Positions 1 to 11,600 of a stretch of 64,000 nt of DNA are shown piece after piece. The notes below the pieces were generated by a model that saw only the letters and a list, made by a program, of their open reading frames with translations, did no database searches and was not told the DNA's origin. Each line of letters starts with the position of its first letter. The stretch's first letter is position 1. The stretch lies in assembly GCF_040869285.1 (NCBI RefSeq), contig NC_090432.1; one strand, given 5' to 3'. This stretch comes from Myxine glutinosa (lineage: Eukaryota). Both the position numbers and the translations under genes were made by a program.

Positions 1-429
1 TGAAGTTGTGTTTGTTTACTCAAACACACACATCCGTGAGTTATTGTAAAGATTCTGGGCAAGGATGTTCAGGTGAAATCGAAGTTTATAAGATCATTAT
101 TTATTGCAATCCTTTTCTTCGTCTTCAGAACAGTTCGACAGACTGCAATCGCTTTCCCCGAGTGTTTTTCTCTTTCCTGTCGCTGGCAGTGGCAGATTAA
201 CGAGGTTAATGTTAAACTTTCGTGATGTTCGTGAGGTTAATATACAGAACAGGATCAGAAAGGATGAGGTTAAAAATGCGCGTCACTACCTGGCGCGAAA
301 ACAATGGGCGGTGTATGCGTAAAGGAAATTTGATCTATCCACTTAAGCCGTACCGACAACGAGCTAGTAGTTGTGCCGAGGGATTATATTACCTGCGAGA
401 TATTTTACAACGTTAGGGAACGGCGTTAG

Positions 430-1330
<901 letters not shown>

Positions 1331-1689
1331 TAGCTTATTCGGGCAGGAATTGGTAATTTGTTCAGGGTGCCGGCGATAGCTCGCCTGCTCTTCGCGGAGG
1401 ACACCGTGGGCTCTTTAACGTCCACCAACTAATGCCGGCACTCGTCCGTCCGAGGGTGCACACATTGATGAATCGCCCTGCCTGAGGGAGACGAGGATGG
1501 CAGTTTATAACCTGGTCGGGATTCGAACCCAGGTACAGAGCTTGGAGGCGACTTTGGGTATCTCTGCAGAATCCCGTGGGTCTGTGCAGGTAAACATGAG
1601 AGAGAGAGAGTTTTGCTCTTTTGAACCCAATTATGCTTTTGCTGAATCATGTATTCCTGTATCACTCACACCGAAATAAAATATTTTAA

Positions 1690-1690
<1 letters not shown>

Positions 1691-1767
<77 letters not shown>

Positions 1768-1850
1768 TGTCTGTGTGTATATAGAGGTGTCTGTGTGTGT
1801 GTAGAGGTGTCTGTGTGTGTAGAGGTGTCTGTGTGTGTGAGGAGCCCGCG
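1691..1850. repeat. Compound microsatellite (GT)n-(AT)n-(AG)n followed by degenerate 'tagaggtgtctgtgtgtg' units, in CK2alpha intron 2
   Basis: Direct reading of the sequence. The artefactual ORFs 1631..1924 and 1936..3126 are translations of this repeat. Confidence 0.95.
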
Positions 1851-1968
1851 GAATTACGTAACTTCCGGTTAGTGCACCCTTCGCGACAAGTCACGTGATT
1901 GGATACGTTGAAAACAAACCACAAAAGGGCACGTGTTACAGCTTATTTCTGGTAGTCTTGCCCTCTTC

Positions 1969-2760
1969 TGTGTGTGTAGAGGTGTGTGTGTGTGTGTGTG
2001 TAGAGGTGTGTGTGTGTATAGAGGTGTGTGTGTGTATAGAGGTGTGTGTGTGTATAGAGGTGTGTGTGTGTATAGAGGTGTGTGTGTGTATAGAGGTGTG
2101 TGTGTGTATAGAGGTATGTGTGTGTATAGAGGTATGTGTGTGTATAGAGGTATGTGTGTGTATAGAGGTGTGTGTATGTATGTATAGAGGTGTATGTGTG
2201 TATAGAGGTGTAGGTGTGTGTGTGTGTGTATTGAGGGGTGTGTGTGTGTATTGAGGGGTGTGTGTGTGTATAGAGGTGTGTGTGTGTGTGTGTATAGAGG
2301 TGTGTGTGTGTATGTAGGTGTGTGTGTGTGTGTACAGGTATGTGGGTGTTTGTGTGTGTGTACAGGTATGTGGGTGTGTTTGTGTGTGTGTACAGGTATG
2401 TGGGTGTGTTTGTGTGTGTGTACAGGTGTGTGGGTGTGTGTACAGGTATGTGTGTGGGTGTGTGTACAGGTATGTGTGTGGGTGTGTGTACAGGTATGTG
2501 GGTGGGTGTGTGTTCAGGTATGTGTGTGTGTGTGTGTACAGGTATGTGTGTGTGTGTGTGTGTGTGTACAGGTATGTGTGTGTGTGTGGGTGTATAGATA
2601 TGTGTGTGTGTGTACAGGTGTGTGTGTGTGTGTGTATAGATATGTGTGTGTGTGTGTATAGATATGTGTGTGTGTGTGTGTGTACAGGTATGTGTGTGTG
2701 TACAGGTATGTGTGTGTACGTGTACGTGTGTGTGTACGTGTGTAATATGGTGTATAACAT
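1969..2760. repeat. Minisatellite block. It has about 18-bp units (TAGAGGTGTGTGTGTGTA) from 1969 to 2300, then about 29-bp units (TACAGGTATGTGGGTGTGTTTGTGTGTGTG) to about 2720.
   Basis: The periodicity of TAGAGG and TACAGG anchors is visible in the sequence. The multi-frame C/V-rich and H/T-rich ORFs here are repeat artefacts. Confidence 0.95.
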
Positions 2761-3192
2761 AAAGAAGGATGTTCTGATGCGGTTGCTTTCAACAAAGCAA
2801 ACTAAAAAGATAAAACGGTGCAGAACACTTTCTTGCTTGCCATTGTCATTCCCCTTTGGAGTTTGTACCTTGGCACATGTTGGAATCTCTACATTCTCGA
2901 GTCTGATAGGAGGGTAAAGGTGGCAAGTCTGGTCTGTGTGAGTGAAGTGACCAAGTCCAGGTAAACAAGGTTGCATTAGGTTTGTTTTGTTGAAGTTGCT
3001 TTGGTTCGTCGATTGTATAGAATGCTTAACAATTGCCACAATCACAAAATGAAGACGTGATTGCGTGTGTAGACTTTTTTGTCGTGTTGAAATTGCAGAA
3101 TAAACTCGTAAGGACTGAACAAGCAAACCCTGAGTTTGGGTAGGTTACGATGGATTATTTAATTGTGCGCCGTCATGGTGATTTCTTTTCAG

Positions 3193-3294
3193 CCTGTCAA
3201 GAAGAAGAAGATAAAGCGAGAGATCAAAATTTTGGAAAACTTGAGGGGAGGCCCAAATGTCATCTCCCTACTCGACATTGTCAAAGATCCCGTG
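3193..3294 (+). CDS. CSNK2A1: CK2alpha exon 3 ([34 protein letters not shown])
   Basis: The acceptor is ttttcag|CCT at 3191-3192 and the donor GTG|GTGAGT at 3295. The basic [10 protein letters not shown] stretch is a CK2alpha hallmark. Confidence 0.9.
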
Positions 3295-3548
3295 GTGAGT
3301 GGTGAATCCTCAAGTTGGGAACGGTTGTGGAATTGTCATGTTTTTGGTTATGTTAAAATGCTTTATTCCAAGAGAAATTTAATCCATACAACTTGTTGCT
3401 TGCTTTGCTTTGGTGAATTGAAAGGCCTTTGTGTTGGGGTTTTTGCTTCACATGGTCGAATAATTCTCGAAACTGTTTGGACTCTTGATTCTCCGTTATT
3501 TATTTATTTATTTATTTATTTTAATATTTCTTTACCCCTCTTCCATAG

Positions 3549-3599
3549 TCCCGGACGCCAGCTCTTGTGTTCGAGTACGTCAACAACACCGACTATAAG
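3549..3599 (+). CDS. CSNK2A1: CK2alpha exon 4 ([17 protein letters not shown])
   Basis: The acceptor is ccatag|TCC at 3547-3548 and the donor AAG|GTAGGT at 3600. The exon matches human [17 protein letters not shown]. Confidence 0.88.
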
Positions 3600-4171
3600 G
3601 TAGGTATATGGTTGCTTCCATTTACGGGTTTTCAATCAATGCCGAAAGTGAGACTTGTAGATCGGATGCCATCGTTGCATCTCTTCAGCTCCTCGCATCT
3701 TGTCATGCAGAAGCGTACAGTTGAGCAGCGTATGTGACGTCACAACTTTGTTCATTCTGGAACTTCATTTCATTACTGGTGCCACTATCACTTGGTTATA
3801 CTTTGCTGTGTGGTGCTTTGCGTGTCACCAACAATACCTGATGTTTGCACTTCAGGCGTTCTGATCCGTTTGTCGATTTGATCACGTGGTTTGTTTGCCA
3901 AAATATTTTAGAGAATTTTATAGGTGGAACATTAAATGGAATTGCCATACATTTCCTCGATTGGTTTGATGTAAGAGTTTGTGGGGTTGAGATGTACATT
4001 AGTTCATCCATCAATGTACGCGACAGAAGTTTGAAGGAGGCGACATTCCTCCTGACACCGTGACAAACATCATGTATGTTGTCTTGCCTCGAGTTTGCCA
4101 CAGTCTTGTTTTTGTGATGGAAGTTGATCAAGATTTGTACCTGCCCCTCAAAATGAATTTCATACCAGACT

Positions 4172-4445
4172 CTGTGGTATTGTGGTTGGAGTATCCGCTC
4201 CACCTGGTGTTGGCTTAACGGGTTAATGTGCTGAGTTTGAGCCCCTGTCATGCGGTAAAGATAACACCAAGTGGGTTGACTTAGCCTGTCATCCATCCGA
4301 GGTTGGCAAAAGACTACAGTACATAATACTGTACCAGCTACCTGTGAAGAATGAGCCATTTGAGTATACTCCGTCGGAGTTGCGACCCGGCCAGGATTGT
4401 GGTCCCAAGCCAAGGAAAAACTGCCTCGGCAACCCTACGTGTCTG
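4172..4445 (+). mobile_element. tRNA-derived SINE, copy A, a diverged subfamily, in CK2alpha intron 4
   Basis: The head carries A-box- and B-box-like motifs (cctggtgttggcttaacgg ... tgagtttgagcccc). The body core AACACCAAGTGGGTTGACTTAGCCTGTCATCCATCCGAGGTTGGCAAA is shared with the copies at 15870-16168 and 33960-34250. Confidence 0.6.
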
Positions 4446-4849
4446 AAGACGCGAAAAGAGTGGCTCTTCTTCTTCTATCATCTCGGAGTGTCTGGGAGAT
4501 CGGCACTTTGATTCTGACCCAGGCTGAGTCTTACTGAAGTCTTTACCCTTGCACACGCTCTGTTTGAGGACGTAACAATAAATAAATATTCACTCTGAGG
4601 ATGGAGCATGGATGAATCCCATAGGGTGGGTGGGGGAAGAGGAGGCAAATATTTTCCTCGTTTTTTTTAAATTAAATTTTTATTTAAAAAAACAAGTGTT
4701 AAGGAAAAAACAATGGATCAGGATGTAACAGAACAAAAAGAACAGTAGAAAGAGGGTGGGAACAACAGCAGGGTTGAGGGACAAAATATAGGGAAATTTG
4801 TATAAAAGAGGGATGTGGGGAAGAATGAGGGCAAAGAGGGGGCATAGGC

Positions 4850-5830
4850 AGTATTAGTATTGTTGCGGATCTCCCGAAGCCCGTCGACGTACAGAGGGGG
4901 GGTTATACCCCTTTTCCCCCTCGGGTCTTTGTGTCCACGAGGCCAAGTCGCCACTCACGCAGCGAGCGTGGAAAAGGGTATCGGGTCGACGCCACACGTA
5001 CCTTTGGTACCCACGCTGCCACGGAAACTGTGACCGGACCTCGCACAAGCCACGCTAATCGAGTACGCCGAGCGGTTTGCGTATCACGTGACTCGTGCCG
5101 TTACCTTTTATTGAACCCGATTCGAGCGGTTCTGTTCGTGCGATGCGAAGCCAATTGTGAAATGACGGGAACAATCAAATAAGAGGAAGAACGCGGTTTA
5201 TTTACAGCTATACAGGTGAAGAGACACAGAGCAGGCACTTAAGCAGTCCTAACTTAAACCCAGACAAAGGGCCCACTCACACACGCAGGGAAAAGGAAGG
5301 AAGGAAGTTCGCGCGCCAAACGCGCCTTGTCGTCGGTCGCTCCCGGACAGCTCGCCCGGCGTGGCCCTCTGGTGGTCACGGCACGTATGCAGGGAGCCCA
5401 GGTAGGAGGGTCGTCGGCGTAGGTGGCTCCGGGATGGATCGTCTCCACAAGTGCGATTAATACAGCCGCAGAGCACAGGGCACAGGGAATTCGTGTACAG
5501 CGAGGCTATAACGAGCAATTCAATTCAAGCACTCGGACTCGTTCAGGGGCTGGGCAACTCTCACACGTTCTGTCGATTTATCACTCAAGCTCTGACTTGT
5601 CTGACTGACGCGGGGCGACTCTGACTGACTTGTCTCTGCAGGGGGCTCGGGGCAGGGTTTTATATGGCCCCTCCCCGGCCTTACCCGAATGTTCCATTCC
5701 CGTCGCCCCGTGGTGAGCCACTCCCCTTGAGCTCTGATTGGCGGCTCGCTGCTTACCGGCCACTCCCCCTGCAGTTCCTCCCTTCGGCCTTGCCAGACTT
5801 GTTCCAGGCCGAGCACATGGCATTCTAGCC
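4850..5830. other. About 1 kb GC/CpG-rich island inside CK2alpha intron 4. Its identity is unknown; it could be a TE remnant or an intronic regulatory island.
   Basis: There is a sharp composition shift, only short overlapping ORFs on both strands, and an inverted CCAAT (ctctgATTGGcgg) at about 5740. Confidence 0.3.
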
Positions 5831-6894
5831 CAATTGCGGCCTACTCACTGGCCTGCTTAACGCAAAACTAACACAGGAAGGGAGACCGCTTACATTTACT
5901 AAGAAATAACTGAACTACCGTGAGGCTACATGTTGTGGTGCGTCTACCTACGAGGGGGTTATCCTTTATTCACAAAACCACATCAGTATTATAAGATTAA
6001 TACAGCCACAACATGTATTAGGTGAACCTCTCCATTACGGAAATGGAAGGAAAAATTTGAATTTTTGAAAGAGGTGGGCTTGGGCAGGTTTCGTGCTGTT
6101 AGAAATGATCTATGGGTAAAATAAAGGATTTCTTCCTGATTGCTCCGCTGACTGTGTGGAGAAAACAAAAAGCGAGGTCGCAAGATCGCATCACCATTCC
6201 CCAGAATCCTTTTCCCCAAGGTTACCAGCTAGTGATTTTGATGTATTGTGTGCCTGTTTGCACGTACCAGATCCTCCATAACCTGGAACTGTAATGATAA
6301 ATAAATAAATCAAAACCCTTGACCAAAATGGTCAATTCCTTGAGATCTGGCTTGTTGGAATGATTCCTACAAAGTTTGGCTTTGGGAATAACACCATAGC
6401 ATCTCCAATAATACCGGTGAAATTAGTTTGCTTTTTAAAACGAGCCTCCGATGCAAAAGATTAGGCTGAGACGAGCGTTGAATAAAATGGAAGAGGAAGA
6501 TGTGATTTGCTGTCGAACCCGAGGCTTTGTACGTCGTTGGATGTTCTAAGCCACCGTATTCCTGCGTTAATTGAAACTGAGAATGATTTTTGCTTAACAT
6601 CTGTGAATTGTACCTCCGAGCGCTATTTGAAGATGTAATCAAAATAAAAGTAGTTCTTGGATTGTTTAAAAAAAAAAAAAGGAAGCATCCAATAAATGTT
6701 ATCACTGCCCGCCCCCTTTAAGTTTATTTAACGCTTTATGGCTGACAGGATGACCTAGACCCCCGAGCCTTGCCACTCGCCTCTGAGCCATCTCACCTGT
6801 GTTTGAACTTCAGCCCAGCTATAAACCGGCATCCTGGTGTTTTGCATGTGGGGTGATACATCTATGTGTGCGCAGTTCTCCAGATGGACGTTAA

Positions 6895-7705
6895 ACCGGA
6901 TAGTCAGGTTCACTATGTTTTTTTCGTTCAAAATTTTGGTAGATTAGCATAACTATACCTTTTTCGAATATTCAGAGCATGAGGAATCCAAAAATTAATG
7001 TTTACATTTGCGTAGACACCTTTGCGAAAATGACACTCAGGACAGTGATGAAGATCTGTAAAAGCATATTCCTGAATGGTATAGACCTCGTAGATCCTGT
7101 GTATAGGACTTATAGTTCAATCTGATACTACCTATAACTTCCTATAACAACCTATAACTTCAAAGGACTTGCAATATCATGTATTATGTAATACAGTTAT
7201 ATCACAAATATAAAGACAATGGTTTTCAATTACCTTTGTTTGTTGCTTTTCTATAATCCTGAGCACTATTTTGAGGCCTTTATTGGATTCCTTGACCCAG
7301 AAAACATAGGATTAGCATATTTAATTAAGTCTCTAGGTTGACTAGAAGCCGAGATCGCGCAAAATATGTATTTTATGGCGGCCATTTTCAAAATCCAAAA
7401 TGGCGGCCATGCAGGTGTCTGTGCAAATGCCAACATTGATTTTCAGATTCTCCATGCTCTGAAGATTCCAAAAATGTACAGGTTTGCTAATCCCAAAATT
7501 TTGAAAGAAATTATATTTGTTAACATAGTGAACCGGACTATCTTCATCACTGTCCTGAGTGTCATTTTCGCAAAGGTGTCTACGCAAATGTAAACATTAA
7601 TTTTTGGATTCCTCATGCTCTGAATATTCCAAAATGTATAGTTTTGCTAATCTACCAAAATCTTGAACGAAATTATATTTGTTGACATAGTGAACCTGAC
7701 TAGGA
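6895..7705. mobile_element. Foldback/MITE-like element. The left arm is one unit (6895-7065) and the right arm is two tandem inverted units of about 190 bp (7345-7705). The core has ATGGCGGCCATTTT motifs.
   Basis: The reverse complement of 7345-7705 aligns to 6895-7065 (gtcaggttcactatgt...gacagtgatgaagat). There is no coding capacity. Confidence 0.6.
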
Positions 7706-8598
7706 GGACGGAGGACCTGTCTTTGAGCATAAGTAAATGGACGTTAAAGATGCTGCGGTCTCTTTCATGAAGAGTACGTGTGAGTTATCATTGCAACCCT
7801 GAACAAATTCCATATTCCTGCAGGTATCAAGTTGTCTGGTGTTCCTGGATACCCCTTGACTGCTTGATATCATGTGTCCAATCACTGCTCAACATCTTGT
7901 CTGGGAAGCAGCTCCTGCACCATAAACAAATTCACGTTCTGAGGTTGTTGGCATCTTCGACGCTGAAGGGAAACTGAGATGTACTGCTCGTCTTTCTGTG
8001 AGAGCCGAGAGATTCTGAAAGGGAAACACTTTAGGTATCAATCTCAGAATATCCCAAGATGTCATTGTCAAGTTTTCTCACTTTGCATCTTTGTATGCAG
8101 AACGTACCATAAAATACAAAAAAATGACACCGATCATGTCTTGTAATAGTCTGACTTTGATGGTTCTTCCGTTTCTCACATTGGACGAATTTCACAGCTG
8201 TTTTATAAAGGCAGCATATACTCCGGTAATGGAAACGAGGATGCTTACAATCCAATAAACACGATGCTTGAGAATGAAAACGAAGAAGCTGTGTCGCCCT
8301 GAGAAAATTCAAGTGGTTTTGGAAATTGGGTGAAGGGTCCATTTTGTGAAGTCTTCTGCATACCTCACGGTTTGCCTTTCTAACAGCAGGTTCAGTGTTC
8401 TCAGCTTGAAGTCTTTTATTATTTTATTTTTACATTTCCTTCTGAAGAGTGAAGTGCTCTGGCAAGCAAAGGCTCCTAGCTCAATTTGGCTACAATGCCA
8501 CACTTGTGAATCGTCATCCATTTTTACCGCCTCCTTGACCAGGTGGGAGGAGGTTGCGTTTTTGCCCCTGTCTGTGTGTGAACGGGATATGTCCAAAC

Positions 8599-8600
<2 letters not shown>

Positions 8601-8631
<31 letters not shown>

Positions 8632-11600
8632 TATACAAGATCGAGGCTCGTGAAAGAGCGAACATTAATCACACAGAAAGACAAACCGACACATAAAACA
8701 TATAACATCGGGAGCGGTAGACAAGATGGGGAGAGAGGGGGAAGGACACAAACACAACATTTGAGAGCAGGGACCGAGAGACATGGAGACATCGAGAGAT
8801 CTGAGAGAGGGCGAGGGCTTTGGGGGGGGGGGGCATGGGAAGGGGGCGGTGGGAGAGGTATAAAACATATGGACACTGCCAGGACTTCCAGGAAAGAAGT
8901 TGGAATTTCAAACAAGGTGGATCTGGGGTGAATTAGCGGGGGTAGAAAAGATCAAGGTTTTGGATGGGGGAAGATAAGAGATGGTGGTGAACAGCTGTTT
9001 TAAAGACCTGGAGGGAGGAGTGGGATTGAAGGGAGTGAGGGAGTTTGTTCCAGAGGCGGGAGAAAAGAGGAATGAAAGAGTGAAGGTGAGCAGAGAGCCG
9101 AGATTTCGGCAGTTTAACCATCAGAGGGTTGCTGGCAGATCTTGTGCGACCTGTAGGAATATTTGGGGGACAGAGCACAGAGAGAGCTGGGGGTGCAAGG
9201 CCGGAGAGGAGTCGGTAGAAGACAGAAAGACCACCTACCTGCCTGCGGTGAGTGAGTGAAAGGCCCTCAGAGATAGCTTCATCGCGGGAGATTCCAATAA
9301 TTCTGAAAGCTTTGGTTTCAACAGCGTGAAGCCGAGCTAGGTGTGAGGCAGGAGCACCGGCCCATAGGGGAGAACAGTATTCCATTGAGCTGCGGATGAA
9401 AGCCTTGTATGTGGTGAGGAGCTCAGGTGTGCCGAGGAAGGACTTCGCACGACGGAGGATGCCCAGTCGGCGACTGGCTTTGGAGGCCAGCTTGGAAATG
9501 TGGTTTTCCCAAGAAAGATCATGGCAGATAGTGAGACCCAAAATCTTGAGCGACAGAACTTCTTGGAGAGGATTGTTGAGAAAGTAGATGGGAGGGTTGT
9601 CCAGTCGATCTTTTCGGAGAGACATAGTAAGAGTGTGAGATTTGTCAGGATTGAAAGACATGTTCCACTTGTTTGACCAGTCTGTGATTTTGTCCAGGTC
9701 TTCAGAGAGTGAGGAGGCAGCAGACTGCCGATCTGAGGGAAGAGGAATGGAGCGGCAGAGAGTGGAGTCATCAGCAAAGAGATAGAGAGGATTTTCGAGA
9801 GAGTCAGAGAGATCATTGATGAAGACCAGAAAAAGCACGGGGCCCAGAACACTGCCTTGGGGAACTCCAGCCTGAACAGGAAGAGGAGATGAGAGAAACC
9901 CATTCAGGGCCACACGTTGACGACGACTAGAGAGGAAGTCCGCCAGCCATGCGTGGAGATTTCCATGGATACCAAAGGAGGAGAGTTTGGTGAGCAGAGC
10001 GGGGTGCCAGACCGTGTCGAAGGCACGTGATATGTCGAGGGAGACAGCTCTAATTTCCTGTTTGGCATTGAGGACCTCCATCCATTGTTGAGACAGCAGA
10101 AGCAGCATGTCCAGAGTAGAGTGACCTGGTCTGAAACCAAATTGATGATCAGAGATCAAGCCATTGGAGAAGAGGAAAGATTTCATATCCGAAGCAATGA
10201 TGGATTCCATGACTTTGCTGATAATTGGGAGAAGGCTGATTGGTCTGTAGTTGCTAGGATCTGTTTTTGCACCTTTTTTGTGCAAAGCGGTGATGTTGGC
10301 TGATTTCCAAGCAGATGGCAGTTGACCTTGAGCAAAAGAGAGGGTGAAGAGAACAGAGAGAGGGTGAGATAGAGCGGCAGAGCAGGATTTTAGGACCCGT
10401 GGGCTGATGCCGTCGGGCCCAGTTGCAGAATCAGAGTCGAGGGTTGACAGAAACTTTTCCACCTTGTCAGGAGGAAAGGACACGGAGTCCAGGAGCAGCA
10501 GGGTACGACTGGGTATGGTGGGTACAGAGAGGGATGGGTTTGGGACACAAGATTTAGAGGCAAACACAGAGTTGAGGCATTCAGCTTTTTCACGTGCGGA
10601 GTCAGCTGTGTAGCCGTTTGAGGTAAGGGAGGGGATGGAGGGGGAACAAACGCCAGAAACGGATTTGACCAGACGCCACCAGGATTTGGAAGAGGGAGAC
10701 AGATAAGAGAGTTCGGTCTTGAGAACGGAGAGATATTGTTTCCTGGCTCTCCTGAGGGTGGACACACACTTGTTTCGGGCTTTGTGAAAGGAAATGAGAT
10801 TTCCTTCCGTTGGATTTGCTTTCCAGGAGACGAAGGCAAGTTGTTTCTGGGCAACAGCCTCACCACAAGATTCCGTGTACCATGGACGGGAGGAAGGGTA
10901 TGACAACTGAAGACGAGATGGGATAAATCTGTGCATGAGAGAGAGCAATTTACTTTGGAAGAATTCCCAGGATGAGTTGATGTCAGAGGTGGTAGAGATG
11001 GGAGACCAGTCCAGATGATTGATGGCTGCTTGAAGACCGTGCCAGTTGGCCTGAGTGAAATGCCAGACTCGTCGACGCTGAGCAGGCTCCCTGAGGATGG
11101 TCAGAGAGATGTCCACTTTAACAAGGACATGATCAGATGATCCGATCGGAGCAGAAGAAGAGCAGCAGACATTTTCAGGGAAGTTAGTCATAACCAAGTC
11201 CAGAAGAGAAGATGTTCCGTTGACTGAGATCCGGGTCGGGAAATTGACAGATTGTGTCAGTCCCAGTGAGTCGCAGAAGTCCTTTGCTGAAGAGCCATGG
11301 CTGGTGAGAGAGGTACCCACACCCAGCCAACTGGCATGGTGACAATTGAAATCACCACATATGAGGAAGAGAGAGTTGGGATGAGTAGATAGAAGTTGGT
11401 CCATATCATCAGACAGCGAGATGTAGATGGAGTCATCACTGTTTGGTGGACGGTACAACACACATATGAACAAGAGGTGGGAGCGAAGGGGAAGCCGTAG
11501 CCAGAGGTATTCCTGGGGGTGAGGTGGAGAGAGTGCAGTGCAGGGCGAGTGAGGAAGAGAGTTTTTGATAAAGATAGCAACCCCGCCTCCAGGACGAGGC

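Noticed and set aside
1631-3126. Long ORFs (up to 396 aa) rich in C/V or H/T residues on both strands
   Set aside because: They are translations of the (GT)n microsatellite and the 18-bp and 29-bp minisatellites, not genes.
3796-4413. 205-aa minus-strand ORF
   Set aside because: It overlaps a plus-strand tRNA-derived SINE and intronic sequence, has no recognisable domain, and is likely a chance ORF.
8514-8931. Pro/Gly-rich ORFs of 125-133 aa on both strands. They have paralogues at 18267-18962, 45272-45711 and 61792-62345.
   Set aside because: They lie in the conserved 3'UTR of the CR1-clade element, downstream of its stop codon. They recur only because the UTR recurs, and there is no frame conservation between copies.
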